Source: Phoronis australis | Lineage: Eukaryota > Animalia > Phoronida | Reading direction: 5' to 3' | Assembly (NCBI GenBank): GCA_002633005.1 | Contig: NMRA01000697.1 | Coordinates: forward strand, 124,001 to 188,000 | DNA: 64,000 nt | Part shown: positions 50,801-64,000 of the stretch, in pieces | How the letters are laid out: every line of letters begins with the position of its first letter | Position numbering within the stretch: position 1 is the stretch's first letter | Translations under genes and position numbers: made by a program | Notes under the pieces: model-generated | The model's database searches: none | Seen by the model: the letters and a program-made list of their open reading frames with translations, nothing else | What the model was told of the DNA's origin: nothing

Positions 50801-53800
50801 GACAACACACAAGCCTACTTCCCTACACAGCTGTGCTGATACAATAATGCCCCCACTGCATTTAGCAGATCAGCCAGAGTATCTACAGGTCCAGCCACTG
50901 TACTGTTTCCTCCCTTTGAATTTTTACAATGCTACATCCTTGACAATCGCAGATTGCCTCTTTCAATGCATACTCCACTTCCTGTGTCCCAGTTTCCCCA
51001 CATTTGCTGAAAGTGGCCTATCTCAACAAATTACTTTGGACCTGTTGGGGTATCAGCCAGTAATCTTTGGCAAATACTTTTTCCCCAACTCGTTCCTCAA
51101 GCTACAAATTCTCTTTGACATATCTTTTGGGAGTAGACTTTTCGGCCTCTCTCTAGCCCCCTCACTTAGTTGTCCAGAAGGGTACCTTCTTGCTGGTTGT
51201 GAACTTTTCCATACCCAACCTTTACTAATAATCGGCAAGTCTCCAACTTCCGCAGAAGCCTTTCCTGATTCCTAAAATTGTATTAATGAAAAATTAAACA
51301 TATTAAATTTAATGCGGCCAATTCGGCTCAGAAAATATAAATACCAAGCTAAAGTGAAGGCACCAATATTTTTGACGGCTTTAGCATGTTTAATTAACTT
51401 TATACTCGCAGAAAATCATTGGTAGACAAAACATACTCCCTAGTCTCTAAAATTAGTTCATGGGCATGTTACACATTTGGTGGTTGTTATGAAAAGTTAT
51501 GATGACTACCTATTTTCTATGCCAATGTACATGCATGTTGGATAAACATCAACACATTTGATAAGATATGATTAAGCAATAAGGCCCAAGTTATAAGCAA
51601 TCACGGTGTGTCAATAAAAGTATTTTTGCATGAATGACGTGCTTCTAAAAATATTCCTCAGGGTCAGAACCTGGAGTTTAGTGATTCCTACCTGAGCTCA
51701 CACGAAGCAGGACGTTGAACCTTTACTTAACGTCTTTGGTAATTTTTCAGACCTCTATCAGATTTCTCCTCTAGTGTGCAGTGGATGTTCTAAGTGTCTT
51801 TGGGGACGCCAATATTTCTTGAGTGTTGTAACGATGATTCGGTTAAGTGAATCTAATACGGTAGATTATGTAGCTCCTGCACACCTGCCTCCGAGGCAGA
51901 CACTGAGACAGACTTGAGACTACTTCTCAGGAGGACACGTTCCACCTCCACATCAGCTCCACGTACTCTTATAAGGTGCTCAAATGTCTCACTCTATACC
52001 TTGTGCATTTCCCAAGAGTTTCCAAAGCTGTTTCTCTCCGCAATTTGTAGAAATATCACATTCGATGCGACTGGCAGTGCCAGATAAATAGATAAATTTG
52101 CAAACCCGCACTAAATTATGTCAGCCATCATTCAACTAACGCATTGTAAGCTTTAGTTTGGTATTCAGACGAATTGAATGAACAAATTTAGTATAATTTC
52201 ATATTTTATTGGGAAATTCTAGTTTCCTTAAAATTAATTAAAAACATTTAAGCAGACCAATTGTTTTAATTGTTGTATTATACCACGGTATATTAATGCG
52301 TAGAAACGGCGCACAAGTAGTGACTGGTTTAACATGACAAATACACATACGCGGTCTGAAAATAGTGAAATTCAGACACCTATTACCAAGCCTGCCTGAA
52401 GGGCTGACAAAGTTTTTATTGTATTAATTTCAAGGGCATGGAGTCTTCTACATGTCCATGTTATTATTTTTAGTTTTCTCGCGGGGGCAGCTTAGCTATA
52501 AGGGTACAGCTTACTGCTTGTTTTTCACAAGACGGAAATGTACCTCCACGGAAACAGCTCCAGTGTTACCATGGTAACCGATATTGCAGTGTCGGTGCCG
52601 TTTTTACTGTTATTGGTCATGAACCTATCATGTGATATAAAAATTGTTCAGAAACGATTTTGTTTGAAGCAGAAACTGGAGTAGAAAATTTGGTAAAAAA
52701 TGACTCATTCCACACCAAGAAATTACCTCATTTTGCCCCCCAGAACACTTCCCTTGTATCTCCTAAACCACCAAACTTTGTGGTGTCATACTTCACCCAT
52801 TTTCTGTCATCCCTAATGTGATTTATCAGACTAAACATGGATCTGAATGGCTGACCCCCCACCATGCCGCTTGTTGGCTGTACAGTGGTCGGTGGATCCG
52901 TGGACTGATACTTAAGTAGTATCTAATATAAGTATTCCAATACTTAGATATGCTATTACAAATGTATAAAAATAAAAATATGTACAGATACATGTAGGGA
53001 AATCAGATGCAACAATATTGATAAACGAAACATAAAAATTTACTAACGTTGCTTAGGAGGAATTCATTGAGAACGAGGTCAATGTTAGGACTACCATTCA
53101 AGAATAATGTAACTCTAGTAGGGATATTATTACAAGAATTGAGAGCGTTAACAATTGATTGGTTTTCAGTGAGTGCACGAAAGAGTGAGTCTCTCAGGTA
53201 TTCGATGAGGGGACATTTGAAGAAAATATTAGGATAGCATTGATGGTCACCACATTTACAATTTGGAGAGACATTACTAAAGTTGTGCCTGAACTTGTCA
53301 GAAATGAAGAAAAGACCACATCTTGATTTGTACGATGCTATTTCGTTATCGCAGGGAAGGGAGAATTGAGTCAAGGGTGTTGAGTTATCAAAATTATGAA
53401 AAGCAGTTCTAAATTTATTTTTTATACTCGTAAAAGAGTTGCTTTCCTTAACAGAAACTGGAAGAGAATTCCAGTTGTTGATGCAGATCATTACTGTAGA
53501 CCTTCTGAATGCCTGACTGAACGACGGAGGAATTGCAAATAGAGTGGAGGATCTCAAATCACTACGAAGGCCTTGTCTAGTGTATAGATCACATATTTTT
53601 TGACAGAAACGTTGTTGACATTGTTTATTACTTTGCAAGTAAATGTGGTCATGTGAAGATTGCGCCGAGTAGACAGTTTGGGCCACTTGAGACTATTCAA
53701 AACCTTAACACTATTGGATCCCCTGTAGGCTCTGGTTATAAGTAAGGCGGCTTGATACTGTAATTTCTCCAAATGTTGGAGTGCACCCGTATTGGCAGAC

Positions 53801-55894
53801 TGATATATAATATCACAATAATCATTGTGTGGAAGTATAAAATATTTGAACAAAACTTCTAAATGTGTAGAATTTAGATGACGAGAGACAAGCTTAAGTG
53901 GGTTAATTAGTTCCTGAGTTTTTTGTACGAGCTCCCGAACGTTAGGGGTGAATGAGAGTTCCAGATGTCTGTGCGACTGTTTTTAGGGATGATTTTATCA
54001 TTAAGTTTAAGGTCATAAGACGGGTCAACAAGGAAGAGAGCATTAATAGATTTGGAGAAGGTGAGGTCAACGCTTTTTTCTGGTTAAAAATTCATTCTCC
54101 ATTCTTGTGACCAATAGCTGAGCTTATTTAAGTCATGTTGAAGCTGCAAAGAACATTCAGGGCTGCTCCCTGCGAAGGAGTAAAAAAGCGCCGTGTCATC
54201 TGCATAAAAGTATGTGCTACATGACAGGTAATCAGGAAGATCATTAATGTAAACCAAGAAGAGAATAGGGCCCAATACGCTACCCTGCGGTACACCTGCG
54301 TCTACAAATCCAGGAGGGGATAAAGTTGAAAGTACGCCGTCGACACGAACACTGTATGTTCTTTCGGAAAGATATGGGGTGATCATGTTAAAAATATTAC
54401 CAGTAATGCCATAGGACCGAAGTTTGTGAAGTAGAAGGTCTTGAGGGACACAGTCTAAAGCAGAAGCTATATCAATAAAAATAGACACGACACTCTCGCC
54501 CTTCTCAAAATGTAAATAAATCTCATGTACTATTTCAACAAGTTGTGCCACGGTTCTGTTCCCACGCAAAAAAAACAAATTGACGATGATCAAGTTGTTT
54601 TGTTTGAGAAATGTAAGAATACTTTGAGCAATGATCTTCTCAAAGATTTTGACAGGGTGTTAAGTAATGTTATTGGGCGATAATTTGAAATTTCAGTTTT
54701 GGAGTCTTTTTGTGTATAGGGACCATAATTCCTTGTTTCCGAGAAGACTGATATATACCTAGCTGAAGAAGTTTGTTAAACAGATTGGCCAGGGGCATGG
54801 TAATTTCATTGGCAATCATTTTGAACATCTTGCTGGTTATTAAAGCTGTGCCATCATTCTTATTGGGGTCAATTTCATTGAGATTCTTCCGGACATCAGT
54901 TTGATTAGCCGGGATGTCAGACAGTTGATTGAGACAACGTTCACGAAGAAAGGGAAAGTTAGCTACTTCAGTTGGTGTAATGTGGCTTTTTGTTGGTGAA
55001 AAATTTGAGAAACAGATCACACTCGTCACTACTACTTGAGGCTAGGTTACCATTATGGTTGAATGCAGGATAAGAGGATTGTTGTTGACTGCCGCGTATT
55101 TTATTGATGATGTTCCAATATTCTTTGGAGTTCTTGCTTGGGCTGTTAATTTGTTGAAAAAGCTTGTGACGGTTATCAGCTTTGGCTTGATTTACTAAAG
55201 TTTCAACCATACGTGACTGCTCCTTGTATCTGTTGTAGATTATAGCGTTGTTAGATCTTCTGAAAGAGCTGTAAAGTCTGTTTCTTTTGCGGATTGCCAG
55301 TTTAACATTATTGTTGAACCACGGTTTGGCTGTTGTGTTTAATTATCTTTTCAGTTGATGGGATGTTGTTTTTTTACAATTTCATAGAGAGTACTAGTGA
55401 ATAGTGAAACAGTGTCATCAATGTCGCCAGTGTCCAATATGGAATCGCAGTCAGTGTTGGTGATATCCTGGCGTAATTTATCGGTGTAGACTTGATCATA
55501 TTTCCAATTGGTTCGTGTGGCGTGTTGTTCTTTAACCGTTTTTTTTAGGTGTTAGAGTGGTTTCGATTGTGTGGTGATCAGAATTGCCAACATGATGTAG
55601 TACAGAACATGAGTCAATGATACTCAAATTGTTTGTTATGCAGATATCAATACATGAATAAGAAACGTCGGTGATACGGGTTGGCTCATTAATTAGCTGT
55701 ATGCAGTCATTAGACAATAAGATATCAAACAATTGTAGTCCGGCCGTATTGTCATGATCATCATTGTACCATGTAGAGTTTCGGGCATTGAAATCACCAT
55801 TTATGATCATACTTACGCTATTGCAGTTAAGTTCCGCTAACTGATCGGCTAGGGCTTTGAAGTAGAGTTTTCTTTCAGTTGGAGATTGAGAAGG
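47801..55894 (-). mobile_element. CR1/L2-type LINE (5'-truncated in the endonuclease), split by a DNA transposon in its 3'UTR
   Basis: GDFNAR..EPTR..SDH (endonuclease); VPQGSVLGPILFLVYINDL..YADDT (RT); 3'UTR halves 47801-47943 and 52912+ are contiguous in the copy at 63745+; TGTT at both ends; empty site at ~19470. Confidence 0.9.
47944..52911 (-). mobile_element. TTAA-flanked DNA transposon with long imperfect TIRs, Sola3-like deletion derivative
   Basis: TTAA at 47940-47943 and 52912-52915; ends GTACTAGTCCACG / revcomp GTATCAGTCCACG; inverted patches extend ~490 bp (ggtgggggtcagcc, aataaaaactttgtcagcc); decayed coding segments at ~51690-52130 and ~50900-51272. Confidence 0.75.
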
Positions 55895-56513
55895 TGTTAT
55901 TGTTCATGCATAAGCTCGATATTATAAATATCAAGGTACCTGGACTTCCCTTCTCGCGCACGCCTCGCATCTGCTCGCACACAGATCTCTTCTTTCACGC
56001 ACGCTATTCACGTGGATGCATATTCCTCTTCCCCCACAATGTTTTGCGTCTCCATGGCATAACGTATTTCTTTGCTGGTACACGGACCAACGTTTCTCCA
56101 GCACATTATTCCATGCCCACGAAAGCTATTCTACACTTTCGCAATCCATCCCCTTCTCTCGGTCCACTCCGCTCGAAAGGCATGGCTTCTAACATACTTC
56201 TGAGACGGCTTCAGAATCACGAATGATAAAATAATCCTAGGGCAATGTAGAGCTGCTGGCAAGTGCCCTACGGACGCGTGACATTGCACTGCAGAATCGA
56301 AAAGAGTGTTATGGTGTTCCAGAAATACGCATATTCCTTCTAATTGATTAGTTCGAGATGTAAAGTTGGATATGAAGAATGTAACTTCCAGTTGCAAGAG
56401 GAGCAACACAAAATGATTTGGGTGCGTAATAATTTGGCATAGTATCAATGCCAAGAAATCACGCGTTTTAAAGATTTGACTAGCGAAAGTGCACATCTTA
56501 GCAAGGAATTTTT

Positions 56514-57879
56514 GGATTGTTCTTATACCCCTTCGAACTCCACTTCCCACGACCCCCTCGAACNNNNNNNNNCGACCCACGACCCACTGGACCCTCGAAC
56601 CACGAACCCCTCGACCCACGACCCCCTCGACCCTCGACCCTCGACCTCCTCGACCCACAGCCTGCAACACCATCGACCCAGTATACGCCATTTCCACTAC
56701 ACAATGTATCTGAACATAAACAAGAGCAACGCGGAGCGTTGAAATGCGCCCAGGAATGCATTGCAAACGGTGTGCTTCTAGGGTGTTTATTTGTATCATA
56801 AAAATGGCCAATAGATAGTGCAAAATATTTCGAATCCATCAAAAAACTGGAAAATGTCACCGTTTTTAACAGAAAGCTATTTACGACATTTCATGAAATT
56901 CCGTCAAGATACTTAAGCAAAAGGGAAAAAAATGAAATTGCCACTAGGGGACAAAGGTTCATCGGATCCGTCTGAAAGTTATCGTCTTCTGTTGTCAACG
57001 TCATATACCGTTAAATACAATTGCTAAATTTAATAAAAATTCTGAAGAAGGCTTAGGAGATACATCCATGGGCGCAAAAACTGCCACTAGGAGGCGTCAC
57101 AGTAGTCGAAGTCTTCGGAAACCGTCCTCTTCATAGTAAGAACATATATCTCAATTTTCACAGTTATCCTTAGAATGGTTCGGTTGATGGAGGGACAGAC
57201 GCCAAAACAAAACTCACAAACAGTAGAAATGGCCACTAGGTGGCGCAAAATACCGCGAATCCACCCGAAAATGGGAGGATAGCGTCACCTTATTAATAAA
57301 TGCCTATGTGCCGAATTTCATGAAAATCGGTTGACGACCTTTTGAAGATACAGAGGCAAACGTAAAACTAAAATTGTCACATGGGGGCACAGCGGTATTT
57401 GGTTCGGTCCGAAACTCGTCGCCCTCTGTCGTCAACCCCATAGGAACACACCTGACAAATTTCAATAAGATCCTGAAGGGCGTTTAGGAGATACAGCCGC
57501 GGACCCCCATACAGAGATGACGGCAATATGCACCCACATACAAATATGAGCGTTAACTTGATGGGACGACAAGTCGGGCCGTGAACTCGGCTGGCTTTTT
57601 CCTGTTTTTTTTGTAAATAAGAGAGTCAGAGTAGTAGAACAGGACCATTTGTACCCGCTCGTGGAACTGTTTCCGTGGCAACGTTAGCACGCTCACAATT
57701 CACTATTTCAGATAATATTCTTATGCCACTTTCTGTTTTTAACCACAAGACTTGAGCCAGTGCAGACCCGCGTGTAGGTAAGTCTTATGGGAAAGTCATT
57801 CACCGACGTTGTGGCTCGAGGGGGCCGTTGGTCGAGGTGGTGGAGGAGTGCAGGGGTCGAGGGGGCCTTAGAACAATCC
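56514..57879. mobile_element. Paralogous heptamer-repeat MITE carrying a nested insertion
   Basis: aattttt|ggattgttc...gaacaatcc|aattttt (7-bp direct flank). Confidence 0.7.
56718..57545. mobile_element. Non-autonomous element with ~145-bp internal tandem repeats (HINE/Helentron-like)
   Basis: Starts AACAAGAG in an A-run; gccactag recurs at ~56940, 57083 and 57232; absent from the paralog at ~20232. Confidence 0.55.
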
Positions 57880-58179
57880 AATTTTTTTAATTAGGCGAAT
57901 AAGTAACAAGAGAACTGAGTCTCAACAAAATACGAGGTCGTTGAAAACGTTCTCGGCCTCACCCAGAGAACAATTATTTCAAGATATTCTCGCTGTTCCG
58001 TCGTACGTGCACGAAGCCCTCATATGGTGGCTCCTGCATATCTTTCACACAGTACCTATGGCGTCGTCATCACTACAGTTAGGGTTATCATGCAGGTAGA
58101 ATTCCTATTTATAAAAGTCTGAAGTAGTTGGATTTGGGAAGAAGAAGCATACGCAAAGTTCACACTACGTTTGGATGCT

Positions 58180-59090
58180 TCGGCCTTCAGTGCTGTGTGA
58201 GTAGGCGAATTTGTTCTTTCGAAGCAACAACATTCCAGCTTGTTGTTTTCCTCACGTTTTCTTGGATTGCCTCATTTGATGAGTAGAAGTTCCCAGAAAG
58301 TTTGCCCCTTTTGGAATTGCCATTGTGTTCCTTCGCGGTCCGGACAGACATAATCAATCATTTTCCCAAAACAGCATGTTTGGCTTTGGCTTTTTGATTC
58401 AGGATCAAAGTAATAGACCCATGCCTCGTCTTGTGACACAACTCTGTTGAAGAAGTTTTCTGGATCAGACTGAAAACGAGTTAAAAGAGTCTTTGAAACC
58501 TAAAGGTTGCTTAACATTGTGGACACCCATCTTGCACTCAGTTTGCTAATGCCCAAGATGTCGGCAAGCATTGATTCAGCGCTAACGCTTGTGGTTTCTG
58601 CGATATGATGAACGGTCAAACTGATTGTATCCGTAAAATGACATAGAACGTTAAAACATTTTGAATTGCATTGTTCAACGTAGTTTTCTACCACTGAAAC
58701 ACAATTCAAAACTGTTCACCAGGTATTTTTACAGTTTCTAAATAAAAGTTTTGAATTTCTGTTGATGTCAAAGCATTTTCCTTTAGTTTCTAATTTCAAA
58801 AATGAACCTTTCAGCTGCTCGTCACTTCGTCGATTTTTACCACACGGCAAAGCACGCCTCCTTATTTGGTATGTCAAGAAGTAGACCTAGCTTGTTTTCC
58901 TTATACGGAAAATGTGACCTTTGGTCTTTGATGTAAATAAAAAAGGCGATTTTAAGCAGCAGCCAGTCGACTTCTTTGAACGCATGCGTGCATGTGTATT
59001 ATTAGGAGGCGAGAACTTGAAAACTATATTGGGATGAAAGATTTTTTCTATTTTTTGTGTTTCAAAAATAGCGAATCTGACCAGTTTTTC
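58180..59090 (-). mobile_element. Mariner transposase remnant
   Basis: ILGISKLSARWVSTML (WVPHEL-like) and VSQDEAWVYYFDPESKSQS (first catalytic Asp region). Confidence 0.8.
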
Positions 59091-59369
59091 AAGAATTTCT
59101 TGCAAAGTTTGCCTTTCTCCTCTCAGCTGGAATGTTTAGTAGTTTGTTTTTCCGACGGCTTTTGGACCCAAATTGTACAATTCTTTCCAAAGAGTTTACT
59201 AATCCTTTGTGTATGCTTTCCCTAGTGGAACTAATTTTTCTCTACGAAATTTAATTTTTAAAGTTTTATACTTCTATCAAATTCGAAACTGGCCTTTACA
59301 TAATTGGTTGAATATTTTTACGCTCGCTTTCTTTCGTTTTTTCTTTAGGTAAATGTTTCTTTATCGGCC

Positions 59370-59860
59370 GTTGAATTTCACAAATGTAACTCGTCGATTT
59401 CTTATAACACTGATACATTTTTAGTGTTTAGTTTACAGTTCAAATTGCATTTCCAAAAATTGACATTTCGTTGTAAATTAGACTGTATATTTTATCACAT
59501 GAATCATAAATGTCATTCTGCAAGTTCGCTGGATGATTAAATTGCTCAATTGCATCTAATAGCTTGACCAAATTCACATTATTCATAAAACCCCTGGGAA
59601 TTGAGTTGAGATTATCTCGCCGTTTTAGTGAGAAGTCATCTGATCTCATAGCACTAGTCCTAGTTCCAAATTGGCTGCTACAAAACACAACTGGAATATT
59701 ATCACATAAATCAGAAGTAAGTACACTGTGGTCCGGAACTTCAGATAAATCTTTTTGCAAGTTAAGTTGTTTGATCATTTCTGTACAAGTTATAACGTGA
59801 TCAATTTTACAGCTTTCTAAGGACAGGTGAGGCATCATAAAGTTATCCGCAACAGCTCGA
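59370..59860 (-). mobile_element. RTE-X-like LINE endonuclease-end fragment
   Basis: IDHVIT...VPDHSVL...SIPRGFMN...IYNEM resembles 33430-33800. Confidence 0.5.
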
Positions 59861-60821
59861 TCTCACTGTGACTCACTGATGTATAATTAGTTTTTGCCTT
59901 GTCTATCCTACCATTCACAATACAGCATTTGTTTTTCGTAAGGTCAATTACATCCCTTCTTGCTAGAACTTTGTCAATGCCAACAAATGACACAACTTGG
60001 GATTATAGAAGTCTTCCGAATCACTACCCCTTGTTGAGGTATCGGGGCAGCAAAGTCTCGATCGACACTTTCTTCCAAACGGTCTACGATACCTAAGTCT
60101 GAATCCTGAGTGACCATATACCTACCAGTGGGCTTGGGTGGATATATAATTCTCACCATTGTATTTACATTCCCCACGAGGGTTGCGTGGAACTAATTAT
60201 TGAGCGGATCTGACATGCTTCTATTTGCTATGACAATTTAGCCACGCTGTTTCAAAGCGGCTATTCAATTTTAATCGCATTTTTGATATTTTATATATGA
60301 CTATCCAGCCCAAACTGAACTATCGATTACATAATGAGTCACGTGACACGTCAGTAGCCTGCCAAAGTCCTCGAGATGAGGACGCAACGTAGCTAACTCA
60401 ACCCGTAAGTCCGGTATTTTTTCATACTAGAACCCCTTGTTAATAACGTCTATTGCTGAGTTTACGATGGTTTTTTGTTGGTTGCAGTTAACAATTTATC
60501 ATGTCGACCGTTCGTTAAATATACAGTGTCAACATATAGCAAGTTCTAATTTCTTTTAATTCATAAAATTTTCATTGCTCATCTCCTATGTTCTGACAAT
60601 TCTGATCACTGCTATGACACAACTTTCAAATATGTGATGCACGAACGAGCCCACTGCCGTTTAAATGCTGCAATCCATTATTAATAATATGTGGCCTTCC
60701 AAAATGTTTAATATATAGAGTGTATAGGCGAACTACAACCAAACTGAGTATTCACGGTCGTTGCTTGAGTTCTAGACGTTGAAGCATATTATACATGTAG
60801 GCCAATTTTTATCTTGACAAA

Positions 60822-60891
60822 ATGAAGAAGTTTCTATTGGGATTGAAATGGGGTTTATTGGTAAAACTTGCATCACTGTTTTGTGCTGTTG
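60822..60891 (+). CDS. Gene 3 exon 1, signal peptide MKKFLLGLKWGLLVKLASLFCAV
   Basis: caaaATG start, 17/23 aa identical to gene 2 exon 1, G|gtaagt donor; upstream and intron homology to gene 2; later exons lie beyond the window. Confidence 0.85.
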
Positions 60892-62185
60892 GTAAGTATG
60901 GCTACATGTAAAGGTAGTTTTTGTTTATTATTTACAGGTAAACATGTCTACTCCTATTGTAAACGATCCCTTGGGTGAGTGGCAGGCAGAATAAAAATGT
61001 GCTGTGACTACGGAAATATTTCATCAGTGAATACAGAGGTCTGACACAAACTTTATTTACCTTTTAGTTTTGTCTACCTTTTGTGATTTCTAATTTGGTC
61101 CTTGCCTGCTTAAAATCATCAAGCCACAGTGAGTACTCTGAACATTTTTTCATATTTGCATTTGCGCAATTTCTTTCAAGGGATTAAATAGGTTTCAAGG
61201 CCGAAAACTCCATTTTTGAATTGCTATTGGACGCGATAAAGTTATGAGTTGTAACCGGAGCTATAAAAAACAAAATCCGTTGTATTTTGTGACTTTATCT
61301 CAAATCTTCAAATTATTCCCGTTATCTGCCAGACATTTTGAAGTATCTGAAATCAAATCTCGGGTATTTGCCATTTAAATACGATCAAATTACTGGGTTA
61401 CCTGGTATTTGTCAGTGGCAGAATGATAGGCGCCAACCACGGAGGTAGTGAGTGTTATTTGACATGACTGCTAATTCCTTTAAACTTACTATAAAAATTC
61501 TCCGCTCAAAATAAGATTGAAATTGTCCAAGATACTTCGATCCAATGATCGTCAATTTACGTATGACGTTATTGCGTACATTGGCACTCTGCAATTACGA
61601 TATCGTCCACTCAGAACACCGCAGGTATTTTCATAGTCTCAAATTTCCCTAGAAGATACATATTGTCTGCGCATTTCTGAACTTCAGTCATGTGAATATT
61701 CACTGTCCAACTTGTGACTTCTCGCACATGTGTGCGCAAATAACGTTCTGCTAAATACAAGGAGAAATTGGAGGTTATGGAAATACCAGAGATGTTCCTA
61801 ATCAATAAAGTCATACGGAGTTGAAAAATATTGTATCTTATGAGCGCGCTGGTGAGTGCCACCTATTTAATTTTGAAGCTATTTTTGCGTCACATAAGAT
61901 AGCGCAATTTGATCTCAAAGCGCGCCAATTTCAGAACCATGGTTGCCACACTGCATTTTATAAGATGGCAATTATTGTATGTTATTGAGATTGGGAAAAA
62001 GCTTAGTTGAGCTGAGTAAACTAAGATGGGAATTTCTTCTTTAATAAATTCGAGTGTATCGTTTTATTAAGAATTTAGCTCATACATAATGTGTACTTTC
62101 GCGTCTATACCTATTTCCATGTTTAGTAAGACGTCATAGCAAAATTTGATGTCGTATGCTATTACTTACAAGATGAGTGTAGTAA

Positions 62186-63620
62186 AAACTAGAACGCAAT
62201 TGCGTATGCGCACTTAAAACTCTGCGCGTGGTGTATGCATGTGCATAGTGAAGTATATGGGCATTACATTGCATAGAAGTTGCATCCTTTGCGTGAAAGA
62301 GAGAGATGTCCATGGTAACTATGAAAGAGCAAGAGTGAAAACTGCACCTAATGACCACACAGTTGCACCTAATGACCCCAAAATTTGTGACTGAATGTTC
62401 TTTACGAATGAGAACTATATACGTGATTATGTAAGGTTTACCTCAAAAATCACTTTTGCACTTAATGACCTTTGACCCGGAAACTCGGTACCCTTGATCC
62501 GATTTAAATTCCACTTAATTTCGGATGCGGATCTGTAGTGCCTGCTTGTTATCAAAATTCGGAGAGTCTATTTGAAAACCTGTAGAAGAAAAAGCAATTT
62601 GACAGAATGCACTCCTTTACCCGTTACGGGTCATTCCAGTGCATTTTGAGTCAAACCCATGTGATCAATAGAATTTGATCGGTAGTTGGTTGAACTACCA
62701 TGAGTACAAACGCTCTCACTAATGCATCGTGTAAGTGTACAAGCTGATTGAAAAAGTCTCAGATTTAACAGAAAACTGCACTTAATGACCCCAAAGTTTG
62801 TGACTGAATTTCCTTTATGGATGTTAATCATATGAAAGATCTAGTTCAAAAATCACTTTTGCACTTAATGACCTTTGACCAGGAAACTCGGTTCCCTTCA
62901 TCCGATTTGAATTCCAAGTAATCATTGGATGCAGGTCTCTAGTGCATACTTGTTAACAAAATTCGAAGAGTCTATCTAAAAACTTGTAGAATGAGAAGCA
63001 TTATGACTGAATGCACTCCCTGACCCATTTCGGGTCATTCATTTTAGGTTAAAACTATATCATCAATAGAAATCCCTTGATTATCAACCTCAATGAATAT
63101 GATTGTTGTTAATGAATAGATGTAAGAGTAATATTAATCTGAAAAGAAAGGGAGAATATGAATAAGAACTAGAAAGATTATTGTCACGGCGTGACAATAA
63201 TGGACTCTGCGCGTGTGTATTAAACGAATTGTTATGGGAAGTTACTGACAGCAACCCGTTAACCAGTTTGAAAAGGAATTCCTCAAAATTGTAGGAAAAA
63301 TAACATGTTAATATTTTGATGAACTTCCCATTAATTGACCTCTTCCGGTGCATTATGAGCCCGATGAGGGAATAATTGTAAACTGGATTAAAAGCGTGGT
63401 TAATGCTAAGAATAACAGATGTTTTACTTTAAGCACTTCAAAATACAAGGTGAATGAATTGGTCAAACTTTCTGAGAAAAATGCACCTAATGACCCCATG
63501 AATGCACCAAATGACCTGAAAACATAGAATTCAAACTCAATTGCATTTATTAAACAGATATGTAATTTTGAAGTCTCAAGCTGAAAATTTTAGTTTGCAC
63601 TCAAGGACCTTCGACCTATT
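62186..63620. repeat. Interspersed element with ~415-bp internal duplication and GCACYTAATGACC motifs
   Basis: 62345-62670 repeated at 62775-63075; motif recurs at 63480-63615. Confidence 0.6.
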
Positions 63621-63744
63621 TTTTCTGATTGGATAGGCCTATTGCGTAGTAAAGTAGGGTGTTCAACTTCCATGTTCGCTTACATCAGCGTGCTGAAAGT
63701 GAAAAGAAGTCCTTGAAAAATGTAGGATATCACATTTTTTTCAC

Positions 63745-64000
63745 TGTGATATATATTTATTGAAGGATACACAGAACATACAAAGAAATAATAACAAACC
63801 CAGAAACCGCGAAGCATTATATCTGGGTTGTAAACAATTCATAAATGAAACTTATATACATAGAGGTATATACAATCAAGTAGTATCTAAAATAAGTATT
63901 CCAATACTTAGACATGCTATTACAGATATGTAAAAACAAAAATATGTACAGATTCATGTAGGGAAATCAGATGCAACAATATTGATAAACGGTACATAAA
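63745..64000 (-). mobile_element. 3' end of an uninterrupted copy of the CR1/L2 LINE
   Basis: Matches 47810-47943 joined directly to 52916-53037. Confidence 0.88.

Noticed and set aside
56550-56680. Regular short repeats as a possible CRISPR-like array
   Set aside because: 7-bp tandem units without unique spacers, in a eukaryotic context with no cas genes.

Overview
AT-rich, repeat-dense eukaryotic DNA from an invertebrate draft assembly (N gaps, GT-AG introns, decayed LINE/LTR/DNA transposons). The host coding content is a + strand tandem array of three paralogous genes for secreted proteins built from a signal-peptide exon, symmetric phase 1-1 kringle exons and a terminal exon with a linker plus a 4-Cys PAN/apple-like module; no protease domain is visible. 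Gene 1 (5' end off-window): 731-967, 3772-4008, 4948-5267. Gene 2 (complete): 21251-21320, 23727-23957, 24797-25036, 27014-27250, 40440-40657/40714, with an in-frame TGA inside its otherwise conserved PAN exon. Gene 3: only promoter and exon 1 (60822-60891). The rest is nested mobile DNA: RTE-X-, CR1/L2- and Tx1/L1-like LINEs, a 4.4-kb Gypsy element with ~120-bp LTRs, a ~5-kb TTAA-flanked Sola3-like element, mariner and DIRS remnants, MITEs, a near-perfect 235-bp hairpin and several Penelope-type minimal hammerhead-ribozyme motifs. All family assignments are by eye; no database search was run.
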